A stretch of 64,000 nt of DNA from Marsupella aquatica (taxonomy: Eukaryota > Plantae > Marchantiophyta): contig OZ316897.1 of NCBI GenBank assembly GCA_973895155.1, positions 6,213,327 through 6,277,326 of the forward strand. The letters are read 5' to 3'. The position numbers and the translations under genes were made by a program. How positions within the stretch are numbered: position 1 is the stretch's first letter; each line of letters begins with the position of its first letter. This document shows, piece after piece, positions 26,525-39,844 of the stretch. The notes beneath the pieces were generated by a model. That model searched no databases. It saw nothing but the letters and a program-made list of their open reading frames with translations, and was not told the DNA's origin.

Positions 26525-27478
26525 TTCCCCGGCAGCGGCGCCAAAAAATTGTATGTCGTATGCTATCAAAAGCAAATATCATCGAATATATGCTAAAAAC
26601 TCGGTGTTCGTTCTCGTGGAAGAACAAGAATGGGATGAAAAGATGTTTTAAAGTGTTTTGAGTGGTTTAGAGATGGTACTCAACATCTATAAGAAAAATA
26701 GAATCTTAAACAAAACACAGGCAATTAACAAAATAGGAACAAAAGTGACATTTCTTGAATAATAGAATCTTAGAGTTTTTAGAGGTATAGTTTAGCAATA
26801 TTTAACTTTGTCACCATGTCTTAAGAAAGAGCTATGGCATTATTTGAGACGTTGATAAGTCAAACATAACCTTGCTATAACTGCTCTCTAGGTTTCTATC
26901 ATAAATCTACATTTAAGAAGTGTCTATGCTCACAAAACCTAAGACAAGTTTTGGATTGTGTGTATAGTAGTGTGTCATTAAAATGTCGGCAACATGTTTC
27001 CTTCTTCAGCGATACGCAATTCTAAAGGAAAACTAATGCACATTCAGTATACCACAATGATACTTCAAATCTGCGAATTAAGAATGTCGCTACTTCTTAA
27101 TATAAAGATTTTTCTTTCTTGATTACATGCAATACTTATCTTCCAAAGATAAGTCCTTCATGTAAATACAGATTTTGACAACAAATGTTGTAGTTTGAAT
27201 TAGGCACCGACCAACGGATCTTCCAATACATTCCACAAACTGTATTTTTTATGGGTTTACTTCTTACAGCAATTGTAACATGCATTACCATACGAAGGAG
27301 GGGTAGACTCCTAGCACAAGTAATCAAATTCCAAGGCATACAAATCTTCCTTGCAAAATTGTATTATAAGTACAAGGGACATTGTCTCAAAATGAGACTA
27401 GTATCACAATAAGTACATGAGATTTCCCACGGGCTAAGGAGAATGAAAAGACATGCCTCTTCATTTCCTAAGTCTAAA
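26525..27478 (-). mobile_element. PBS (tRNA-Asp type) and 5' LTR portion of the Athila-like gypsy element; continues at 43341-44034
   Basis: The minus strand reads ...GACATACA-attttt-TGGCGCCGCTGCCGGGGA. The sequence resumes seamlessly after the TIR element when compared with the empty-site copy at 3641-3800. Confidence 0.8.
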
Positions 27479-27514
27479 TCAACCTATTCATTAAAAGTAT
27501 ATTATTATTTGATT

Positions 27515-27800
27515 TATGTACATTTGGGCAATGAAAAGTGTACTTTTGGGCTTGGAAAAGTGTACATTTGGAGATAAAAAATGTACAATTGATCTAAAGA
27601 GCGTACATTTGAGCATCAAAATATGTACATTTGGCTTAAAAAATGTACATTTTAGTACATTTGGCCTAGAAAGTGTACATTTGAGTGAAAGATGGATACA
27701 TTTGGCTTTAAAAGTGTACATTTCAGTGCATTTAGTCTAGAAAGTGTAGCTTTGAGTGCAACAAAGAGTACATTTGGCCTAAAAAGTGTACATTTTCCTG
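27515..27800. repeat. Left subterminal repeats AAAGTGTACATTT
   Basis: About ten degenerate copies spaced ~20-25 bp apart, next to the left TIR. Confidence 0.85.
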
Positions 27801-28016
27801 AAAACTTTTATTGTAATCATTTAAAATAAAGAAATTAATAACAAATATTTTAAATTATGCAAAAAAAATAAACATTCATATTCATAATAATCAAAAGTTT
27901 AGAAAATGAGTAGATAGTCTACTAAGTAACTAAACACTCAATGGCATAGTCTCACAATATATATAACTCTTACATAAAAACTAGTAACTATCTAATTATA
28001 CCTTAGCTAGTGACAA

Positions 28017-31000
28017 CTAAGTGTACTTGTCCATCCTTTGGAGATAACTTTGGACAGTTTGTAGAACATTTCGAGGAATCTTCAAACCTCTGCCAACCAT
28101 GTTTTCTTCCTTCATTCCAGATTTAAAACCATACATTGCAGAATTTGCATACTGCCAATGTTGAGTGTTCTCACCAAATCCTGGATCTCGTTCCCATGTC
28201 TTGGTGGACATGAAACAATTGAGATACCTAGCACTCTCACTCACATCAAGTTTAGAGTGTTTAGGCCTCCACCATTCCACGGGGAACATTGAAGCATATT
28301 GTTGAGTCAAATGAGGGTCTCTTGAAGATGCAATTGGGACTTCATGCTTAGGGTCCACCTGACCCAAAACTCTCACCAACCAGAAATGACCTCCACCATT
28401 TTTCTTCTCCCAATCATCCTCGGGTCAAAGAAACACAAAGTTTCCTTCACAAATATCCTGGAGGGGAATCCACCGTCCTTGTTCTCTCTCAGCTCGAGAT
28501 CCAACAAATGGTGTCGCTTGATCTTCCATCTCTTCCAAGACTTCATCTTGAAGAGCTGTCATCTCTGCATTCTCCTCATCTTCACTTAGAGGACCACTCT
28601 GTTCGCATGCCGATTGGTTGACCTTGTAACTAGTGCCGTGGTTAGTCTTAGGCCAAAATCCATTTTTCAATGGAAATTGATTATTTCCCTCCCCTTCCAT
28701 TGCAAGCCCATTTGACAACAGCTCCACAATTCTTTCCCAATATTTAACAAGAGGAAATCTTTCCTTGTATGCTATTGACGTCTCATCAATGCAACTCCTT
28801 CTCAAAAAATCAAGGTACTTGTTAAGGAATGGGATTATCTCTTCTGATTTTTTGTGTATCTCTCCTATGGATTTAGCTAAGGGTTGTCCACTGGGTAAAA
28901 GAAGAGAATTTGTTATTGGATCAGTTGCCCAAATGCACCTTCTGCCAACGGGAGCCCAAGCTTGCTTAACATGGGACTTATACTGAAATATTGGTACATT
29001 ATCTCTCATAGAGAAAAGAAATGATACCAGTTTTGAGTGACCTTGAATATCTTTGACCTTAAAACTTTGAAGATATTCTTTGTAAGATGCAACTTCTTGT
29101 ATCAATCTTGGAACTAGATGAATGTTCTCACATTCCCAAACCTCTGCCATTAGTGCAAGAAGGGTTGCAACTTCCTTGTGCTGAACTTGATATGATACCT
29201 TGGAAAACAGTGCATCAACATCTTTGTGCGTATGACCAACCATTAGAAAGGACATTTGAACAGTTTCAAATACTCCTCTACTCACAAGCTCCGAGCAAAA
29301 TGCCATGATCGTTTGGTTTTTGTTGTCCTTTGCTGAATTATCCATTTGCAATGTTAGGTGCCTTGGCAAGGGCATGAACAACGGACTGCCCTTCTCGCCA
29401 CCCACGTCCCCTCCATCATCCTCATCCTGTCGGGTTGGGATGGTCTTAGTCTGACTGTTGGCAGCTCCATCTTCAAAACCAATATACCTATTTACTTGAA
29501 TATTCTTTGGTTCCAAATATCCCGACAAAAATGCATCAAAGTCAAGTAAGGCTTGAAAGAAAGGTCTGTGAGGTTCCCAATGCAAGCCATCAAGCATGTC
29601 ACCTGTCTTGTCTCCATTGTACTCTTCAAGATCTCGAAGACACTTAGCCAAGGATGTCACCGTGAAATCTGCATCTCCTGGCCAAAGGCCAGTGACACTA
29701 AAGTGTGCATATACTCCTGGATCTCTCCTGTGGGTCAACATCCCCGTGAGAGCGATAGGTAGCGGCATTCCATGACCCGAAAGTGATTTAGGAGTACTAA
29801 CCATTTTTGGAATCCATGTCTTTGCTTGATCCATCTTGTCGTGAATAATGCAAAGATATTCTCCTGGATGTTGCTTGGCCATCACTCGATGAGCGTAGTA
29901 AACATATCTACATGACATTTGCTCACGAAGATGTTGAGCTCTTTTTTCTTCAATTTCAGCACGTTCTTTTTTCCTTCTCTCTCGCATCAAACTGTCTTTG
30001 TATTCACAACAAAGCGTACACTTGGCAAATGCGCCATCCTTGTGAAACTAAAGTTTGCAAATGATGTGCTCCATATCTTGTAGAGAGTGTTATCCGTAAC
30101 AGGAGGAAGCCCTTCTTCCTTCATCTTTGTTCTCACATCTTCCAAAATCTCTAACTTTTGTAGCACGCTGGAAGTCGATACTCAATGCTATTTGTCCCAT
30201 GAGCCCCTCCATAAGGCATATGACGCATTGGCTTTGCATTTTGAGTCAAAAATGCCTCTAGAAGAGCTCACGCATGCAAGGTATTTGACCTTGTTTTCTT
30301 CAAGCCTGTGTTCCCATGGAACCCAATTTTGCAACCCTCCATGTATCTTCTCTTGTAATCATAATACTTGGTGTGACTAAAACCATGGATGGTTGCAAAT
30401 GCATCTTTACCGATGACCATACCTTTGAGAACATGGTGTCCCTTATCACGAACATCATCCTCTCTGTAGTGGAAGAGGTTGAAAATGTGTGATGTTTTGG
30501 ACTCGCTAGACATCCCATGAAATTCCATCCTAACATCTTCTATATCTTCCCTTGGCATAATGAGACAACATTTATGCTTGCAGCAATTTACTCTTTTGAT
30601 CTCATCAATTGCGGCTTCTATTGTTTTTGAAACTGCCTTGGTTTGCAAGAGCCTCCTTTTCTTCTCAATAGGATCAACTTGATTCCTCTTGTTGAAGTTA
30701 TATGGCCTTTGACGACATCCGGATGCGGATCCAACCACATGATCCGGATTCAGATCATCCCTATCCATTGACTCAATATTCTCTGTACCTTCCACCAGAA
30801 TGTCTGACAAAACATTTCCAGTTGCTACTAGTTTTGTGTGATCAATTCGCCATCAAACCAAACTAATTACTCCCTTGTGAATGCTTGGAAAGTATTGCGA
30901 TTCCATGACATCTTTCACAGCAACCCCTACATAGTCTTCTCCCAGGATTTCATCATCAACAGCCGCCGTTGCTTGAGGCACAGTGATAGTCCCAGTGGCA

Positions 31001-31830
31001 ACCTTACTCGATCGTCCTGAACCAATGTATAATTCGACCAACTCTAACATCCAGTTGGACCGTTGGTAATAATCAGAATGAGTTTTGGTCGATTTTGTTG
31101 ATGGAGAATGTGAGACAAAACTCTCCTCAATTAAAACGTCGCCATCACCTTGCTTCTTAGAGGAAGACTTTCTACCTTCATCAACATTCCAACCTTTTTT
31201 ATGAACATCGACCAAGTCCGAGAGAACCCATGAGTTTTTTGCCTCTTCAATTGTTTCAGCCCCATTGTGTATGTAAGGTAAAGCCTTACTACCATGAATA
31301 ACATCAGTGATTTTCACACTGATCCGAGACTCACCAAGTAATATGTTGTGACATCGGTCCTTTGGATTTACCTTGAAAATAACTCCAAGGGCTACACAAC
31401 ACCCATCAATGAGCATTTCAACCTCGTCCCCTTGCCTTAGAGTGTTTGATGCATCCTCCATAACAATTGTAGGAGATTTATCCAAGTTATTATCTGGTCG
31501 AGTTGAACAACTACCAGTACTGATGCATTTTTGGGAATCTGGAGTTATAGAGAGATATGCGCACGAGATCTCCCAAATAACACATGAGTCAATGGCATCA
31601 AAAAGATTTTCTACCCTTAGCAGTGGAAATGGTAGTTTTCAAGTTGGCTCGAAAACCTTCTCCACGAGCACACCAATTCGATTATCTCCCAACAATATGT
31701 TGTGCACCCTATCTTGGGGGTTAATTTTCTGAACTGTCCCACAACCGACATCACATCCATCAATTGTCAAGGTCACATCATCACCTCTTGAAAACCTTCC
31801 AGTCATTCTTGGATTTAGTAACCTGCACAA
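28017..31830 (-). pseudogene. Transposase: three tandem TNP1/En-Spm-like domains, Cys-rich region and Sola/DUF7869-like DDD core
   Basis: Three repeats of GDxVxxxIDG..VA.G....P....H...LG....V.V (31800-30830). CCKHKCC and FAKCTLC motifs. Catalytic-type motifs IIHDKMDQ, QMDNSAKDNKN and FLMVGHTHKDVDALFS. Several stops and frameshifts. Splice acceptor near 31822. Confidence 0.8.
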
Positions 31831-31914
31831 TTTTCAGAAAAACCATCACAAATCCGAATGACGAGAATTTGAAGAGACTCACAATTATCCATACGGTCAT
31901 TTGATTACCATTCC

Positions 31915-32730
31915 ACGAATCCAAACGTTGGCTCAACTATCACGCTTGGATTGGGGTGGTCCAAATCAAAACCACGAAGATTGTATTTCGAAGGTCCAAT
32001 TTAAGCATTGCGCTTGAATTGGGATGGTCCGAATCCAAACCAACCTCTATCCAACACACCGTCTTGGATTTGGATGGTCCGAATCCAAACCCAGATTGGA
32101 TCCCAAAGGTCCCAATTCAACAAACACGCTTGGATTGGGTCCGAATCCAAACCCAGATTGCATTTCAAAGGTCCCAATTTAAGCATCGGGCTTGGATTCG
32201 GATGGTTCGAATCCAAAACCAGATTGTATTTCAAACGCCCCAATTAAACCATCGCGCTTAGATTGGGATGGTCCAAATCCAAACCGAGATTGGATCCCAA
32301 AGGTCACAATTTAAGCATTGCACGCTTGGATTCGAATGGTCCGAATCCAACATGCCCTCTTGGATTCGGATGGTCCGAATCCAACACTCCCTCTTGGATT
32401 CGGATGGTCCAAATCCAACACACCCTCTTGGATTTGGATGGTCCCAATCCAACACACCCTCTTGGATTAGGACCATCCGAATCCAACACACCCTCTTGGA
32501 TTAGGACCATCCGAATCTAACACACCCTCTTGGATTTGGATGGTCCGAATCCAATACACCCTCTTGGATTCAGATGGTCCGAATCCAAACCAAGATTGGA
32601 TTTTGATCAGATGGTCCCAATCCTAGAAAATGGATTGAATTCGGATCATCCGAATCCAAACAGCAATCTAGGATTAGGACCATTCTAATCCACACATCAA
32701 GTCTGGATTCAGATGGTCTAAGTCCACAAT
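31915..32730. repeat. Array of the 25-bp palindrome TTGGATTCGGA-TGG/CCA-TCCGAATCCAA (~18 copies, ~66-bp then 34-bp period)
   Basis: Read directly. Spacer mostly CACACCCTC. Confidence 0.95.
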
Positions 32731-33728
32731 GAAGATTATGTTGAGATGGATATATTGAGATTGAGATCTCTTCCTAATCAAATTTAGACATTCCGGGTTT
32801 TTTGGAACATTGGGTAATTCGTGAAATAATAATTGGGAAGTCACTAGAATGCAGAACAAAGTGAAAGGGTTCGTCTCTCTTCCCTAAGAACTCAAAATAA
32901 GCAAAGCGACTAACACCATAACTCACCTCAGCAGTCTTGTTTTTCCAGTATGTCTCCAAAGTTGGCTCTGCTACCTCTAAATTGATGAATAAGTTCATAT
33001 CAAACTGACTAAGAAAGCTATCAAAGCCACTTCAAGTCTAAACTCCATCAGAGAGAAGAGCTGAGGAGGAGTTGCGCAGACCTGGATGCCCAAGTGAAGA
33101 TATGGAACTAAAACAACAATGATGTCTGTAGAGGACCTCTTATACTCGTGGGTTGGTATGTTCGGCCCTGAATGTGCGATCCGATAAGGTTGAGGCAACA
33201 CCGAGTATCGAGGTTAGAACAATCATCCACTCCTTTTTCAATCCATTGTGTTAGACAATACAGCTAGCGTCCCATCCAAACTGATAAGACCAGATCCCTT
33301 CTCGGTCTCTATCCGTACAGAGATAATCCGTACAACAATCATCCGTATAGCGATCATCCGTACGCAAACAAGCCTTTCAGGAGGGGGTAAAGGGAGGACG
33401 AGGTCTTCCATAGACCTCATTGTTGTTTCGCTCTTAGTCGCTCCTCACTCTCGCTCCTCGCTCTTGCTCCTCACTCTCGCTCCTCGCTCTTGCTCCTCAC
33501 TCTCGCTCCTCGCTCTTGCTCCTCGCTCTTGCTCCTCGCTCCTTGCTCTCGCTCTCGCTCTCGCTCCTCGCTCTCGCTCCTCGCTCTCGCTCCTCGCTCT
33601 TGGCTGGTTGCCGCCACTATCCCTTGCCCTTGCCCTAATTGCCTTCTTGCCCTAATCTGCTGCACCGCCCTAGATCTTGCCCATCTTGACGTGTCCTCAA
33701 TATATCCTGCCATGTGTCACTCCTAAAA

Positions 33729-36700
33729 ATGGAAGTTGCCAAGAAAACCGTCATCGTCCTGCTCGCCGAAGAATCTGATGACTTGGATCTCTCCTCTGTC
33801 GGTGATCTTGTGGCCCTAGCGCTTGGGGATTCCCAAGAATTGCAATCACAAGTCCAAAGTAAGTTTCTGGAGGTTTATTCATGCATCTTAAGTTGTTGGA
33901 TTCGGATGGTCCGAATCCAAGAGGGTTGTTTGGATTCAGACCATCCGAATCCAAGTGGGTTTTTTGGATTTGGACAATCCGAATCCAAGTGGTTGTTTGG
34001 ATTCGGACCATCCAAATCCGACAGGCTTGATTGGATTCGGATGGTCCGAATCCAAGAGGGTTTTTTGGATTCGGACCATTCGAATCCAAGTGGGTTGTTT
34101 GGATTTGGACCATCCGAATCAAATCAAGCCTGTTGGATTCAGATGGTCCGAATCCAAAAGGGAGGTTTGAATTTGGATTGGATGGTCCGAATCCAAGTGG
34201 GTTGTTTGGATTCGGACCATCCAAATCCAATCAAGCCTGTTGGATTTGGATGGTCCGAATCCAAAAGGGAGGTTTGGATTCGGATGGTCCGAATCCAAGA
34301 GCCCTCAATCTCACTTTGACAGTGATTTCTTGAAACAAATTTCATGGATTTGAAGTCTAATATGAATTTACACTCTCCAATGCAGAGAGTGATCTGGTGA
34401 ATACAACTCTCGCCATTTTAGAGGCAGACTGCGACGATGGGCTCATTTTGGAGGACCGCGATCCAGGATTTTGGTGGGGACTTGAGTTCTCGCGAGTAAA
34501 CTTCTGCTCAAATTCATTTAACATTCAGGATCCAATGTTATATGTCAAGATCAGGACAGGCAACGACCAAACATTGGTCATCGGACCCGTGGTCTCTGTG
34601 GGAATGATAGGAAGAGGAATGAATTCTATCATTGTAGAGGTGTCGGACATGATGAGGTGGGCAAAGTTGCAGCTCCCGTCAAAGGCTTTCTCGGCCGAGT
34701 TCAATGTGGAATGGTATGCAAGTGGGGAATTAAGTGTGTTGTCGATGGGATTCTTTCCAAAATCCTACACAAAGGAGAAGATTATTGGAGGACTGAAGGG
34801 AATGCTTCCTTTGGACATTTTTTATGGGTTTCTTTATTTGAAACTCAACATTGTAAACAACCCATCAAAGTCCTCTCTTCCATCCATATGGACTCTTAAC
34901 AATTTGCTTGAGAAAGCAGGTCTGGTATCACCAGACTCAAATGTTTGGATCGCCAAGGCATTAGCCTTTGCACACACGCTTGACCTAGAAAAAGAAAATC
35001 TATGGGTAGAGTCTTTGGTGAAGTTGAGGAAAATTACACAACCACAGAACATAATTGAGTCTACGCCAGCCAAAGGAACTCCAGCAACTACGATGGAGAC
35101 AGCAGAAATTACTGCAGCAACAACCATGGATAGAGCGGCAAGGAAGCGAAAGCAGAGGGAGAAGAAGCTTCCGGTGGAGAAACCTACTTCAGTTGAGAAG
35201 AAGATCACGGCTCCAGCCAAGAAGAAGAAGCTTCCAGTCGAAAAGAAGTCGAGGGAGAAGAAGAAACAAAAAACCGACACCTTAGTTGTGAATTCAACTC
35301 CTGTAGATTTTTCATTACATGCTGAAGATGAGGGTGATAGGCCACATGCTCTAGAGGAGAAAGACGTCTTAGAAGGGAATGAAGTTCTTCAACAAATGGA
35401 GCAGTACTATAGTTTTGGGATAAACGAAATATTTCTGATCCCAGTTGAAAGTATTTTTGCTGCACCAGCGAGACTGTGCTATCGGATGATGAATTTTGAT
35501 CATGTGCAAGACATTGCTGATTCCATGATCAAAACACCTGGGCATGAGCCACATGTCGTTGGTTTGATTCCTTTTAACGTTGAGCGAAGAAAGGTACTCC
35601 ACTTTGAGAATACGAAGTCGGACCGGAAGGATTTTTTGGCCGGAGTGAAAAAGGGCGAGGTCCAATTTCTAGCCGTTAGTGGTCAACACTCTGCGAGAGC
35701 TGCGAGATGGATTTGTGATTGGGCAACGAAGGATGCCAGGCTCACCCAGTTGGCCAAGAAGTTAGAATTTAGGAAATCCAGAATATTGTCTGATCGCACA
35801 CCGTCTTCAATTCTTGTTGAGCACTCCATGAGATCGAACGCCATCAATAGCACGATGGTGTTTCAGTCTTGCTTTAAAGTATAGTTGTCCATGCAAGGCG
35901 GCAGTTTGTTGAATGTGGAAATCCAAACAAACCAAAACATGGCAACAACAAAACAAATGCTCAAGACAACCAAAAAATTTAGGTAAGAAATGTGATTACT
36001 TTGTGTGCATTTCTCTACCATAGAGAGTAATTCTATTTTGGATTCGGATGGTCTCAGTTCGACACAATTTGTCAAAGAGTATTGGAACTTTTGGAATGTT
36101 TAGTACGAGTTTTGTTTTTGATTGAGACCATCCGAATCCAAAACTATTATCGCACTTAGAATCCTTTTTTTCCAACCCTTGAGTTGGGGATAACTGACTA
36201 GCTTTCCTTTTGGATTGTAGGATTGGTTGGCTCTGGCAAGAATGACTATGGGTAGGAAGGACTTGCAAAATGTATACTGGCTACTTTTTGCGGACAACGA
36301 TCTTTTTGAGTTGTGGCGGTTAGTCTGTGAGATGTGGTCGTATGGGAAACTTCCTGATGGAGCTGGGGTGGAAGGAAATAACAAGTCCGAAAAAGCAATT
36401 ACCATTGCCATGTTTCGTCCCTTTGATGGTGAGTTGATCTCACAGAAAGACATCACAAAAATCCTGACACAAGTGAAGTCAGGAAAGGCAATGCTGAAGA
36501 AAGATGCCACAAATAAATCTGACATACCCTCAATAGAGGAGCTTGCAAAGGATGTGAAAAAGTGAGGAAGCTCAAGTCTCTCATTGAAGAGTACTACTTC
36601 GGCAAGGATCCACGGAATTTCCCGTCGGATACCGACTGGAAGAAAGTAGTAGAGGTTCTGCCATTGTTGAGTGTTGATGCAAAATTCAGTAGATGTAGAA

Positions 36701-38557
36701 GAGCGGCTGGTGAAGTTTTTTTGTCAAATCTGTTGAAGCCAAATCATACCAGGGAGAGTGCAATCTTGCCAATAGCTCTGGTGATGTGCCTTGATGACAT
36801 TTATTGCCAGAAGTTTGGCGGAGGGACACATTCTCGGAGCCAACCGTGGGTCACGTTCTTTGGTGACAATCTAATGAAAACAGTTGATCCACCAACAATA
36901 GAGGAATCATCTCCAACGTGCTCACTTGCCATTGTTGACTTTCAGTCGAGATCACCAGAAGCTGTGGACAAAAGCAGAAGTTTTGGTCTTTCTGCAATAC
37001 ATTGTGGAGCTACCACAAAATCTTACAATCGTTGTAGCCATAACTGTTCATCCGGGGCCTCTTGCAATGAATGTCCTAAGCTCACTTCAAAAATTGGGAC
37101 AAGAGAAATCTCTCACCATTCACATTGAGTATGGGACTTGAGAGGATCAACCGCACCCGCTTGATTCGTGTTGGGGAGGCGGAATTGAAGAAGTTATATT
37201 TGCAGGAATTTCTCGAGATGAAAATGTCAATTGGAATGATGTTTTCAAACCCAATCACCCAAAGCCAAAATTCTTTTTTGGTTCAAAAGATACTGATTTT
37301 GAGGTCACCAAGATTGACACTGGGAAGACGAAGGTTGACACAGATGACGTGTCAAAACCCAAAGATCTAAAAATGATGCTGACCCCAGAAGAGGCGACCA
37401 AGGTTTTGCACATGGCCCCTCGATTTGAGATAGTTGGTGCTCGTGGTGGTTGGGTGAATCCACATGCCAAACCCACGCAGATGATACAGAGGATTATTGA
37501 ATCCTTGTCAGAAGCTGGAGACTTGATTCTTGATTTTTTCTCGGGTGGTCAAGTGATGAAGACAACATTTTTGGTGCAACGCGAATGCTTTGTTTATTGT
37601 GACTCTCAAGATGAGAGACACTTTGTGGAAGCGTATGCTTCATTCCTTTGCGAGAGGGTCCCCTCAATCAAGAAAAATTGGGATCCTCGTGGTGGGAGTT
37701 CTAGGCATTGGAAACCCACTATTGCGGATGTTTTTGCCGAACATGAATCAGCTGATAATTCCGAAGAAGTGGGCGCTAAGTCAGTCAAAGATGATGGGGC
37801 ATCAGAGGTGGCGTATGCAAAGAATTTGGATGACCGTGTAGGTCAAGGTGAAAGCATAGAACCCTACAATGTTGATGATAACGTTGGTCTTGCACCACGC
37901 CCTTCATTAGGTGCAGATGACGTCCCTGTGGAACCCTATGAAGTTGAGGTTGATGACAACTTGGACAAGGATGGTCTCAATCCAAATGTGGTGCAACGAG
38001 AAACGGACGGAATTGGAGAACCGATTGACATTGATACATTTGAAAATTGTTCGTCAACCAATTTGGTCACTAACGGTGGAGACAGGCAGGTCAATTCGAA
38101 TGAAGCTGACACCCAAGAATTGATTCTCGAGATGGATTTCAAAGTACGTGAGATTCCCATGACCCCAAAAGCCCGTGCATCAACGACTGTTGACAACCAA
38201 GCAGGTGCTTCAATTTGTCTTGACACACTCTTTTTAGCTTCTAATGACAAATTGGTTTTTGTTCGTTCACACTCGGGAAGTCCAGTTGTCCTTCCTCTCT
38301 CAAAGAAAAAAGGGAATAGAGTTGGATCAACCGGATGGAGGTCACTTGAACGTGATGCACGATGTTACGTGTGGAAAAGTGGGCCAAATAGAGGCCAAGA
38401 AGTTTCATTGGATGCTGCTCCATCGATTCTTAACAGGAAGGAGTATAAGAGAGGAGAATTGGGATTGATAACTCCTGTTTGGACGTCACCTTATTGTGTA
38501 GAACAAAGTACTTCAGATGTCAATTTTGAAATCCAAGAGGAGCTGGGTACGTGTTGA
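33729..38557 (+). pseudogene. Spliced gene for a ParB-like domain + beta-class (N6/N4) DNA-methyltransferase-like fusion protein, frameshifted
   Basis: Exons ~33729-33858 / 34386-35981 / 36221-38557; phase is consistent at intron 1. ParB-like segment IPVESI..YRMMNFDHVQDIADSM..FLAVSGQHSARAA. MTase-like NPHAKPTQMIQRIIESLSEAGDLILDFFSGG. Basic NLS-like stretch. Confidence 0.72.
33896..34299. repeat. Second array of the same palindrome (~12 copies, ~34-bp period) in intron 1 of the ParB-MTase-like gene
   Basis: Read directly. Spacer GAGGGTTGT-like, i.e. inverted relative to the first array. Lies between the GT donor at 33859 and the AG acceptor at 34385. Confidence 0.95.
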
Positions 38558-38829
38558 TATTATTGATGAATACGGATCTCTTTTATCAGACTGAGATCAA
38601 ACCGTCTGACTTTCCATTTTTTCATACCAATCTAAAATACTTCTCGGTCTCATAGAATGCGGTCAGCAATTAGAGCCTCGATATCCACCTACGCTCTTTG
38701 GGGCTTCTAAAAATGGTATGTAAGTTTTCTTTGTTGTTAGTCATTGTCTTGTATTTTTGGACTGAGACAATCTCAGTCCAAAGTTCAAATTTGGTTTTCT
38801 TCTAAGAGTTGTATTTGTTGCACTTGCAG

Positions 38830-39844
38830 AATCGAGACCTTGTCCCATCAAGCGGAAGTTGTTGATTTTGGATCTTAACAAAATACTTTGGGATTCCAAA
38901 GCAAGGGCAAATCCAGAAACATTGTGACCCCAAATGGAGTGCATTGGGATAGATCAAATGGAACTAGTCGCATGTATACAAAGAGGCCAGGGCTCCATGA
39001 GTTTCTAAAGTTGGTTTTTGACCGGTTTGACGTTGCAATTTGGACATGTGCTGGGATGCAGCGGACAGTGAAAATGTTGAACATGATGTTCACTATTGAG
39101 GAGCGGTTGAAACTGAAGTTTGTATTCACACGGGTGGAAGCCTTTGACACAGGCATTCAAAGGCGTGACATTACAAATGGAAAGGCAAATGTGCTATTGA
39201 AGGATTTTTGGGTGGTATGGAGTGCATTTGGAAATCTATATGATGAAACCAACACACTCCTTGTGGATGACTCCCCCTTGAAGGCATTTGCCAACCCAGA
39301 CATGACCGGACTATTTCCAGTGCCCTACACGCATGCCAATCGTGGAGACAATTTTCTTCTAACAATTCTTTGGCCATGTCTTGAGAAACTATCTCATGGA
39401 AGTGACATTCGTTGTTATCTTCTCCTAAACTCTCCAAAGTGGACTCTATTGCACATTAAGAGAGACAAGGCAAAAAATGAGATTACTTATGATCAACTTA
39501 GTAAGAGATGTGCAGCAAAAATTTGGAAGTCACAGTATAGGCATAGTGTGCTGGACCTCAATAGCAATGAGATTCCTTGGGCTGTAAAGCACCGTATATG
39601 TAGCTTACGTCCTGAGGTGGAACTTGACGATGCACTTGTCACCTCACTTGCTAGATCATTTGTAGGACGGGAATATTCAGGTCTGTATAGAGAAAATCCC
39701 AGATACTTTTTGCGGAAGATTATAGCAGTTACGAACAACACCACCAAATTTCATCTCCTTGAAGATAAAGGGAGTTGCAACCGTGACATTAGGATAGATA
39801 GTAAAGGAGACAAGGGCACGTGCTCAAATAAATATTGTAAGGAG
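38830..39844 (+). CDS. FCP1/NIF-like HAD phosphatase domain protein (3' end split by an LTR insertion; last codons at ~42940-42951)
   Basis: KLLILDLNKIL, KRPGLHEFL..FDVAIWT, LLKDF..W, YDETNTLLVDDSPLKAFANP. Splice acceptor at 38829. Confidence 0.85.

Noticed and set aside
31915-34299. CRISPR-like arrays (palindromic repeats with spacers)
   Set aside because: Spacers are short (mostly 9 bp) and repeated rather than unique, no cas genes are present, and the context is eukaryotic and intronic.
31956-34345. Many overlapping ORFs (WIRMVRIQ / GFGWSES / LDSDGPNP repeats)
   Set aside because: They are translations of the palindromic DNA repeat in all frames.
36900-37560. Calling the cargo an active 4mC/6mA methyltransferase or a DN4MT1 orthologue
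   Set aside because: No canonical (D/S/N)PP(Y/F) motif is visible in either copy and both are disrupted. Only fold-level similarity is supported.
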